Below are positions 9,905 to 17,053 of a DNA stretch of 64,000 nt, piece after piece (position 1 is the first letter of the stretch; each line of letters starts with the position of its first letter). Made by a program: the position numbers and the translations under genes. Under the pieces are notes generated by a model, which saw only the letters and a program-made list of their open reading frames with translations, ran no database searches and was not told the origin of the DNA. Source of the DNA: Acidimicrobiia bacterium (lineage in GTDB: Bacteria; Actinomycetota; Acidimicrobiia; Spongiisociales; UBA5794); contig JBFIXI010000007.1 of assembly GCA_041605955.1 (NCBI GenBank), positions 34,807 through 98,806 on the forward strand. The letters are read 5' to 3'.

Positions 9905-10915
9905 TCAGTCGACCATCCAGGTGCCGCCGCTGCGGATCAGCTCGCGCAGCTCACCGGGACCCTTCTTCGCCTGAGCTTCGACCAGCTGCTGCTGGACCAG
10001 ATCCTCATAAGTGGGTCGGGACACCTGCCGGAAGATGCCAATGGGAGTGGGCCCATAGGGACCATGCGAGAGCCGGCTGAGCGCAAACGCGGCGCTCGGA
10101 TTCGGATTGGTCGGGTCGTGGACATGGATGGCGGCATCCCCGACATCGCTGACGGCGACGATCCGCGCTCCGGAGCCGTCGACGATGACTCCGTTCTCGT
10201 TGTCGGCCCCGAATCGCACCGGCTGCCCCGGGACGAGGGGGATGCGATTCCTGTCCCGCTCCTCCCGTCCCGTCAGTTGAATGAAGGCCTTGTCGTTGAA
10301 GACGTTGCAGTTCTGGTAGATCTCGATGAGGGACGCCCCGTGGTGCTCGTAGGCGGCCTGCAGCATCTGGGTGGTGTGGGTGCGGTCCATGTCGATAGTG
10401 CGAGCCACGAAGGTCGCTTCAGTTGCGATCGCCAAGCTGATCGGGTTGAACGGTTGATCGACCGACCCCATGGGGCTCGTCTTGGTCCGCTTGCCCATTT
10501 CGCTGGTGGGGGAGTACTGACCCTTGGTCAGGCCATATATCTGGTTGTTGAACAGCAGCACTTTGATGTTGACGTTGCGCCGCATGGCATGGATCAAGTG
10601 GTTGCCGCCTATCGACAGGGCGTCGCCGTCGCCGGTCACCACCCACACGGTCAGGTCGGGATTGGCGGTCGCTACGCCGGTCGCGATTGCCGGGGCCCGG
10701 CCGTGGATCGAGTGCATTCCATAGGTGTCGACGTAGTAGGGAAAGCGGGCGGCGCATCCGATGCCCGAGATGAAGACATGGTTTTGTCTGGGCACGTCGA
10801 TAGTCGCCAGGAAGTTCTGCACGGCGGCCAAGATCGTGTAATCGCCGCAACCCGGACACCAGCGAACCTCCTGGTCGCTTTGGAAGTCTTTACGCTCGTA
10901 CTGGGTCTCGGTCAT
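9905..10915 (-). CDS. korB: 2-oxoglutarate/2-oxoacid:ferredoxin oxidoreductase, beta subunit
   Basis: N-terminal RWCPGCGDYTIL motif and TPP-binding VTGDGDALSIGGNHLIHAMRRN. Overlaps korA by 4 nt. Confidence 0.9.
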   Translation of the reverse strand: MTETQYERKDFQSDQEVRWCPGCGDYTILAAVQNFLATIDVPRQNHVFISGIGCAARFPYYVDTYGMHSIHGRAPAIATGVATANPDLTVWVVTGDGDALSIGGNHLIHAMRRNVNIKVLLFNNQIYGLTKGQYSPTSEMGKRTKTSPMGSVDQPFNPISLAIATEATFVARTIDMDRTHTTQMLQAAYEHHGASLIEIYQNCNVFNDKAFIQLTGREERDRNRIPLVPGQPVRFGADNENGVIVDGSGARIVAVSDVGDAAIHVHDPTNPNPSAAFALSRLSHGPYGPTPIGIFRQVSRPTYEDLVQQQLVEAQAKKGPGELRELIRSGGTWMVD

Positions 10916-12792
10916 TGTGGGGCCTCTTCGCTGCTGGATTGCCCGGTGATCACTTCGACCACCTTGGTGGAGATGTCGGCTGCCTTGAAGGGCAAGCCCT
11001 GAATCTTGGGGTAGCTGATCGTGTCGACTAGATACTTGGCCCTGAGGAGCGTCGCCAGCTGACCCGAGTTGAGCTCCGGAACCAGGATCTTGTCGTACCG
11101 ATCGAACAACTCGGCGAGGTTGGGTGCGAACGGATTCAAATGCCTGATGTGCACGTGAGCCACTGAGTACCCCTCGCGGCGCGCGTTGCGGGTGCCCGCC
11201 CGGATGGCGCCGTACGTGGAACCCCAGCCGACCACCAGCAGGTCACCCGACTCGGGACCGTCGACGTGCACCGGCTTGATGCCCGCGGCGATACGATCGA
11301 TCTTGGCGGCCCGCAGCTGCGTCATGCGCTCGTGATTGAGCGGGTCGTACGACACGTTGCCGGTCAGGTCTTCGTGCTCGAGACCTCCGATGCGGTGTTC
11401 GAGGTGTTCCGTTCCGGGGACCGCCCAGGGTCGGGCCAGCGTTGCCGGATCACGGCTGTAGGGCTCGAAGGTGGCGTCGTCGGCGGTCGCGAAGGGCTTG
11501 GAGAAGTCCTCTTGGGCGTCGATGTCTGGTAGGCACCACGGCTCGGAGCTGTTGGCGATGTAGCCGTCCGACAGCAGGATGACCGGCGTCATGTACTGCA
11601 CTGCCAAGCGACAGGCTTCAACCGCCGCCTTGTAGGCCTCAGCCGGCGTCGCCGGGGCGACGATCGGCAAGGGGGCCTCGCCGTGGCGGCCATACATTGC
11701 CAACAGCAAGTCCGCTTGCTCGGTCTTGGTCGGCATTCCCGTGCTGGGCCCGGCTCGCTGCACGTCAATGATGACCAACGGCAATTCGACTTGGAAAGCC
11801 AGCGAAATGGTCTCGCTCTTGAGGGCCACGCCGGGGCCGCTGGTGCCGGTGACTCCGAGATGGCCGGCAAAGGACCCCCCGAGCGCCACTCCGACAGCGG
11901 CGATCTCGTCTTCGACCTGCAGGGTGCGCACGCCGAAATTCTTGTGTCGGGCAAGCTCCTCGAGGATCGACGAGGCCGGTGTTATCGGGTAAGAGCCATA
12001 GAACAGTGGGAGCTTGGCCGCCTGGGCACCGGCGATGAGTCCCCACGCCACCGCCTGGTTGCCGGTGATGTTGGTGTACTCGCCGGGCTGCAAGTGAGCA
12101 GGCTCCACGTCGAAGAGGTGGTGGAACTCCTCGGTCGTAATCCCGAAGTTGTAGCCCGCGTTGAAAGCGGCGACGTTGGCTTTGGCGATCACATCGTCGG
12201 GTCCGAACTTCTGGTTCACCCAGTCGATGATCGGTTCGGTGGGACGGTTGAACATCCATGAGACCAGACCGAGCGCAAAGAAGTTCTTGGACCGCAACGT
12301 TGCCCGCCCCTTCACGCCAGTATCGGCCACGGCGAGCTTGGTGAGCTCCTCCATTGGTGCGGTCATCACCGTATAAGCGTCGAGCGAGCCGTCTTCGAGC
12401 GGGCTGGTCTCGTAGCCTGCCTTCTCGAGGTTACGGTCGACGAAGGAGTCGCTGTTGATGAGCAGCAACCCGCCCTGGGGGAGGTCGTCGATGTTGGCTT
12501 TGAGAGCGGCAGGGTTCATTGCTACCAGGATGTCGGGCGCATCGCCGGGAGTGAGGATGTCCCAATCTGCGATCTGAACCTGGAAGGACGAGACGCCCGG
12601 CAACGTCCCCGCCGGGGCGCGGATCTCCGCAGGAAAATCGGGGAAGGTGGCCAAGTCGTTACCGAGAACTGCCGAGGCGTCTGTGAACCGGGTCCCGGTG
12701 AGCTGCATACCGTCGCCGGAGTCACCGGCAAACCGGAGTACGAGCCGGTCGCGCTTCTCGCGTTGGGGTGCCTCGAGGGTGCTATCTGTCAA
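10912..12792 (-). CDS. korA: 2-oxoglutarate/2-oxoacid:ferredoxin oxidoreductase, alpha subunit
   Basis: 626 aa with the pyruvate:ferredoxin oxidoreductase alpha/gamma domain pattern (...FAGDSGDGMQLTG...YPITPASSILEEL...). TTG start at 12792 is preceded by AGGAG at 5-nt spacing. Confidence 0.9.
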   Translation of the reverse strand: MTDSTLEAPQREKRDRLVLRFAGDSGDGMQLTGTRFTDASAVLGNDLATFPDFPAEIRAPAGTLPGVSSFQVQIADWDILTPGDAPDILVAMNPAALKANIDDLPQGGLLLINSDSFVDRNLEKAGYETSPLEDGSLDAYTVMTAPMEELTKLAVADTGVKGRATLRSKNFFALGLVSWMFNRPTEPIIDWVNQKFGPDDVIAKANVAAFNAGYNFGITTEEFHHLFDVEPAHLQPGEYTNITGNQAVAWGLIAGAQAAKLPLFYGSYPITPASSILEELARHKNFGVRTLQVEDEIAAVGVALGGSFAGHLGVTGTSGPGVALKSETISLAFQVELPLVIIDVQRAGPSTGMPTKTEQADLLLAMYGRHGEAPLPIVAPATPAEAYKAAVEACRLAVQYMTPVILLSDGYIANSSEPWCLPDIDAQEDFSKPFATADDATFEPYSRDPATLARPWAVPGTEHLEHRIGGLEHEDLTGNVSYDPLNHERMTQLRAAKIDRIAAGIKPVHVDGPESGDLLVVGWGSTYGAIRAGTRNARREGYSVAHVHIRHLNPFAPNLAELFDRYDKILVPELNSGQLATLLRAKYLVDTISYPKIQGLPFKAADISTKVVEVITGQSSSEEAPQ

Positions 12793-12913
12793 GTTTGCTC
12801 CTGGCTAGCTCATGCTCGGGCGCCCGCCATTTGGCGCCCGGATTTGATCGGCGCGCACATAGCCGCCCGCGAAGGCTGTCCGGGGTCGTGCACCGACTCA
12901 GCGTCATCCTTGG

Positions 12914-12944
12914 TCGACGCTGAATCGACGCTGGGTCGACACGC
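12914..12944. promoter_or_regulatory. Three direct TCGAC(G/A)C repeats phased at 11 bp upstream of korAB
   Basis: tcgacgctg (12914), tcgacgctg (12925) and tcgacacgc (12936), spaced one helical turn apart. Confidence 0.3.
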
Positions 12945-12993
12945 CACTCTGGTGCCAGCCGCCGCGGGCGTTCTTTGCACCCCGCCAGTCTAT

Positions 12994-14382
12994 TCACGTC
13001 CCGGGCGACTTCCGGTCGATTGCCGGCGGGGCCAGACCCGAATTCTCGAGCCCCTTGCCGATGCCCAGCAACCGGCGCTCACGCCACGCTGGTCCAATTA
13101 GCTGCAGGCTCAACGGTGGGGTCCCGGTGCCGGCTATGGGCAACGTGAGCGCCGGCAAGCCGGCATTGTTGACGAGTGCGGTGAAGTGAGATAGAGGGGC
13201 GCGGTAGTGTCTGCGACCCGTTGTCAGCTCGATCTCGTCGCCCCCGATCAGTTTGGTGACTGCCGCGGTCGTTGGAGTCAAGACAGCGTCGTAACGAGCT
13301 AGACAGGCATCGAGAGCGGTCCGCAAGGCCCGGCGCCACTGCAGCGCCGCGTCGTATTGCTCGGCCGTCACGGCGAGCGCGTCGCGGAGGCGCCGCTGCA
13401 GATCCTCACCGTAGGCGGCGGGATCCGCCACATACCGCGCCCGGTGGACGGCGGCGGCTTCGAAGTAGGCCGACGCCAGCCCCATCCCGGGTGGGTCGGC
13501 GGCCTCGATGGTGACGTGGTCCACCACCGCGCCGAGCTCGGCCAACCGGTCGACCGCGACGCCGAATGCATCTTCGATGCGGGGCTCGTATCCGGTGTCG
13601 ACCCAGGGGTGGGGCACGGCCAAGCGCAAGCTCTCGAGCGGAGCCGGCTCGGCGGGGGGGTCGATGGGGCGGTCGACGGAGAGCCGGTCCGCCGGATCGT
13701 GTCGGCCAATGGCGAGGTACGCGGCCTCGGCGTCGCTGACCGATGCGGCCAGCGGCCCTACCGTGTCGAGGCTTGGGGCCAGCGGATACACGCCGCGCAA
13801 CGACCCGCGGCCGTGGGTCACCTTGAGGCCGACAATGCCGCAGAGGGCGGCCGGGACTCGCACCGAGCCACCGGTATCGGTGCCGAGGGCGACGGGCACG
13901 ACGCCGGCAGCGATCGCCGCCGCGGAGCCCCCGGATGAGCCGCCCGTTGCCAGTCGTGGGTCGAGCGGATTGTGCACCGGGCCGAACCAGGGGTTCTCGC
14001 TGCTGAAGCCAAAGGCGAACTCATGCAGGCCGACCCTGCCGATCGCCACCGCGCCGGCTGCCTCGAGCGCGGCGACGCATGGCGCGGTAGTAGCCGGGAT
14101 GAACGGGGCGAAGCTGGCGCCGCAAGTGTTGGGGAGCCCGGCCTGGTCGATGAGATCCTTGACTACGAACGGCACTCCGGCCAGCGCGCCCGGATCATCA
14201 CCCCGGTCGATGGCTGCGTCGAGGGCGGCGGCCCGGCGGGGGGCATCGGCGTCGTGATACGTGAAGATATTCAGGTCGACAACGGCCGCGGCGCGGGCCA
14301 TGGCGGCTTCGATCTGTTCGCTCGCCGAAGTCGTGCCGGCCTTGACTGCAGCGGCGATCTCGAGGGCCGAGGACGCCATCAC
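12994..14382 (-). CDS. Amidase (amidase-signature family)
   Basis: GGSSGGSAAAIAAG...GTDTGGSVRVPAA amidase signature. 462 aa. Confidence 0.85.
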   Translation of the reverse strand: MMASSALEIAAAVKAGTTSASEQIEAAMARAAAVVDLNIFTYHDADAPRRAAALDAAIDRGDDPGALAGVPFVVKDLIDQAGLPNTCGASFAPFIPATTAPCVAALEAAGAVAIGRVGLHEFAFGFSSENPWFGPVHNPLDPRLATGGSSGGSAAAIAAGVVPVALGTDTGGSVRVPAALCGIVGLKVTHGRGSLRGVYPLAPSLDTVGPLAASVSDAEAAYLAIGRHDPADRLSVDRPIDPPAEPAPLESLRLAVPHPWVDTGYEPRIEDAFGVAVDRLAELGAVVDHVTIEAADPPGMGLASAYFEAAAVHRARYVADPAAYGEDLQRRLRDALAVTAEQYDAALQWRRALRTALDACLARYDAVLTPTTAAVTKLIGGDEIELTTGRRHYRAPLSHFTALVNNAGLPALTLPIAGTGTPPLSLQLIGPAWRERRLLGIGKGLENSGLAPPAIDRKSPGT

Positions 14383-15509
14383 TCCCAGTCGACGCTACCG
14401 GTAGAGGGGAAGATCGATATCCACAGCCTGCCGGCCGGCACCACCATCTCTCCCCCCATGCGCAGCTTCAACGAGAACGGGTCGTCGTAGGACTCTCGCT
14501 CCCACGTTCCTTGCAGGACCGCGCCGTCGAAGAACAGATGGGCAGTGCCGGTGCCGAGGGTGTCGAGTGCCGGGACGGAAGATCCCTCCCCTCGGGGGGA
14601 CGCGGTGTACTTGCGAGCGGTGAGCACCAGGAGGGTGTTCACCTGGATCTGGCTTCGCTCGCCGTCGACCGAGAGCCAGTCGTGCGAAGCGGTGCGATTG
14701 AAGCGGAGGTAGCTCTGCGATGATTCGTCCCATTGCCATACGACCTCGGGGCGGTCCGACCAGTCGAGCGTGACGGTCTTGGCCGGCAGCAAGGCCGGCG
14801 TTGGCTCGCCGAAGGTGAAGATCGGTTCCGGGGCCTCGTCACTCCATCCCCGGCGATCGGCGGTGGACCGCATCCTGAGGGTATTGCCGTACAGATTGTG
14901 CGGCGAGCGGCGAGCACCGGTGCGGAAGGTCGAGACCCGATCGTCGCCGATGATCTTCAGCCCGCGGCTGCGAGCCAATCCAACTATCCAGTCTTGCCCA
15001 CCGCTGATCTGAAGTGGGCCGTCCATATAGGTCACCAAGGTCGGGTCTGTGGGGCGCAGCGATCGGATCGGCCCCAGGTACTCCGCATCCGAGTGGTGAT
15101 AGACGGCGATGAAGCGAGTCAGGCCCCCCTCCACCAAGAGCTCGTAGATGAGGTCGGCTTCTGGGAGGCCAGACTGGGGCCGGGCGTTGGGATGGTTGTC
15201 GATCTTCACGGCGACGATGCGGCGCTCCAACATCTCGGGGTCGACGACTTCGAGCCCGTTGAGCGGCGAAGGATGCTGCGGCCCCAACGTTGTTGTCGTT
15301 GTGCTGCTCGTCGTTGTCGTCGTAGTCGTCGTAGTCGTGGTCGTACTGGTGGCGAGCGTCGTGGACACGGGAGGCAGGGTTGTCAGCGGGGCCGCGCTGG
15401 TAGTGGCGCCGCTGGCACTGCTGCAGGCGGCGGCAGCCAGCGCCAGGCACACGGCCCCAACCACCGCTTTGCTGAATCGCACGGCGGGAGTGTATATCCG
15501 GTGTCGCAT
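14379..15509 (-). CDS. DUF3048 (YerB-like) lipoprotein with poly-Thr linker
   Basis: Lipobox LALAAAAC, a run of about 13 Thr, then VKIDNHPNARPQSGL..ADLIYELLVEGGLTRFIAVYH, typical of DUF3048. Its stop overlaps the amidase start by 4 nt. Confidence 0.75.
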   Translation of the reverse strand: MRHRIYTPAVRFSKAVVGAVCLALAAAACSSASGATTSAAPLTTLPPVSTTLATSTTTTTTTTTTTTSSTTTTTLGPQHPSPLNGLEVVDPEMLERRIVAVKIDNHPNARPQSGLPEADLIYELLVEGGLTRFIAVYHHSDAEYLGPIRSLRPTDPTLVTYMDGPLQISGGQDWIVGLARSRGLKIIGDDRVSTFRTGARRSPHNLYGNTLRMRSTADRRGWSDEAPEPIFTFGEPTPALLPAKTVTLDWSDRPEVVWQWDESSQSYLRFNRTASHDWLSVDGERSQIQVNTLLVLTARKYTASPRGEGSSVPALDTLGTGTAHLFFDGAVLQGTWERESYDDPFSLKLRMGGEMVVPAGRLWISIFPSTGSVDWE

Positions 15510-15528
15510 TACTTGGACCCCTGAGCGG

Positions 15529-15534
15529 TAGCGT
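15529..15534 (+). promoter_or_regulatory. -10 box TAGCGT, 6 nt before start codon GTG 15541 (leaderless-type promoter)
   Basis: TAnnnT hexamer, a 6-nt spacer, then the start codon. There is no room for a Shine-Dalgarno. Confidence 0.4.
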
Positions 15535-15540
15535 GATCTT

Positions 15541-16239
15541 GTGAATCGAGTTGCCTTCGTCGCCGCAGAGTTGAGTGCGGCTGGAGACCCGGGTCAAGCC
15601 AGGGCCATGGCGGCCTACATGAAGACCGACATGCCTTTCTTCGGCGTAAAGCGGCCCGACCGTGACCCAATCTTCAAGGAGATGATGCGCCGCTACCCGG
15701 TGACGACGCGGGCAGAATACGACCGGGCCGTGCGCGAGCTGTGGGCCCGACCCCACCGCGAGGAGAAGTACTTCGCGATCGGGATCGCGCGGGCGGTTCC
15801 CAAATACATCACGCCGCCCAGCCTGCCCCTGTATCGCCGGCTCGTTGTGGAGGGTGCGTGGTGGGACTTCGTTGACGAAGTTGCTGCTCATCTCGTAGGG
15901 GGGCTGCTGCTCAGGTATCGGGACAGGATCGCCCCGGTGTTGGATTCCTGGATATCCCATCCGAACATGTGGCTGCGCCGGGCCGCCCTCCTCGCTCACC
16001 TCCGCCACAAGGATCGCACCGACGAAGGCGTGCTCTTTGCGCAATGCCTGCGGCTTGCCCCCGAGACCGAATTCTTCATCCGCAAAGCCGTTGGTTGGGT
16101 GCTACGCGAGTACGCCAAGACCGCTCCGGGCGCGGTGGCCGACTTCGTCGTCGCCCACCGCGCTGAATGGTCGGGCCTCACGTGGCGGGAGGCCGCCAAG
16201 CATTTGAACCTGTCGGCCGGCGACCAAGCCGGGCTTTAG
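15541..16239 (+). CDS. DNA alkylation repair protein (AlkD-like HEAT-repeat family)
   Basis: 232 aa. ...AMAAYMKTDMPFFGVKRPDR...WWDFVDEVA...FFIRKAVGWVLREY matches the DNA_alkylation family pattern. GTG start. Confidence 0.7.
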   Translation: MNRVAFVAAELSAAGDPGQARAMAAYMKTDMPFFGVKRPDRDPIFKEMMRRYPVTTRAEYDRAVRELWARPHREEKYFAIGIARAVPKYITPPSLPLYRRLVVEGAWWDFVDEVAAHLVGGLLLRYRDRIAPVLDSWISHPNMWLRRAALLAHLRHKDRTDEGVLFAQCLRLAPETEFFIRKAVGWVLREYAKTAPGAVADFVVAHRAEWSGLTWREAAKHLNLSAGDQAGL

Positions 16240-16403
16240 ATTCCAGTCGGCGCTCACCGCATGACGGGGTTAGGCTCCCAGTCTGGTCAGCGTGCCGGTC
16301 GCCGCCTGACATGGGCCCGGCGATATCGCCGCCTGATGTCGCCGCCTGATGTCGAGTGTGGCTGCCAGCATTCTGGCCATCAACGAGAAGGATCATCACA
16401 GAC

Positions 16404-16967
16404 ATGCAACGGGTGCTGTTAGTTGCATCTCTTCTGTGCTTGGCGATTGCGGCATGCGGCGGGGAGAACGGAGATGCCGGGGACGGCTTGGACGCGGAGC
16501 AACAGGCGCTGTCCGACGCCATCTTCAATCAGATCACAGCCGACACGAGCGAAGACAATCCGTTTGGGGCCACGGAGGCCCGCTGCTTCAGCGATGGCGT
16601 AGTGCGGAGCTTCGGCACCGCAGAGCTCACTTCACTCGGGCTGACCGTTGAGGCCATCGAGGCCGGAACTGAACCGGGGGACGTCTCGCTGACCGACACC
16701 CAGGCCGACGTGATGGCGGTATTGATGACCGACTGTCTCGACTTCAAGAGCCTCTTCATCGAGGAGTTCACCGCCCAAGGCGTCTCGGAGCAATCCGCCG
16801 AATGTCTGGCCAGTGGCTTCGACGACGAGTTCCTCAGGACGCTTGCCAAATCACAGCTGCTGAGCGGCGGAACCAGCCCCGCCCAGGACCCGATCTACGC
16901 GGAGAAGATCTTCACGCTCGTCTCAGAGTGTCTCACCTTCGAGGAGTTGAATCGGCTCGGGTCGTAG
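16404..16967 (+). CDS. Acidic lipoprotein, function unknown
   Basis: MQRVLLVASLLCLAIAACGG lipobox. Four further Cys sit in two internally repeated segments. The start is moved from the track's 16356 to ATG 16404, so that the signal peptide is N-terminal. Confidence 0.6.
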   Translation: MQRVLLVASLLCLAIAACGGENGDAGDGLDAEQQALSDAIFNQITADTSEDNPFGATEARCFSDGVVRSFGTAELTSLGLTVEAIEAGTEPGDVSLTDTQADVMAVLMTDCLDFKSLFIEEFTAQGVSEQSAECLASGFDDEFLRTLAKSQLLSGGTSPAQDPIYAEKIFTLVSECLTFEELNRLGS

Positions 16968-17041
16968 CGCCGTCGACGGGACGGGTCGGCAAGCAGCCCC
17001 GATCTGCCGAACGCAGCGCAGCCAGAGCACCGGCTACGCCC

Positions 17042-17047
17042 TAGATT
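17042..17047 (+). promoter_or_regulatory. -10 box TAGATT, 6 nt before GTG 17054 (leaderless-type promoter of helicase gene)
   Basis: ctagattgtccggGTG; same geometry as the other examples. Confidence 0.4.
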
Positions 17048-17053
17048 GTCCGG

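Noticed and set aside
9794-11002. 402-aa plus-strand ORF antisense to korB and pdxH; similar long antisense ORFs lie at 2291-3280, 6402-7256, 8274-9170, 31103-32017, 40677-41588, 52899-54182 and 62229-63338
   Set aside because: All lie opposite genes with strong family signatures and have Arg/Gly/His-rich low-information sequences. This is the expected by-product of stop-codon depletion in GC-rich DNA.
12805-12880. TAGCTCA D-loop-like string next to a 7-bp hairpin, checked as a possible tRNA
   Set aside because: The stem and loop sizes (7 bp / 8 nt) do not fit an anticodon arm. There is no GTTCGAATC-type T arm and no acceptor pairing. It is treated as korA leader structure instead.
15290-15350. 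Simple-sequence ACG/ACC/ACT codon repeat
   Set aside because: It encodes the in-frame poly-Thr linker of the DUF3048 lipoprotein, so it is a coding low-complexity tract and not a regulatory or CRISPR-like repeat.
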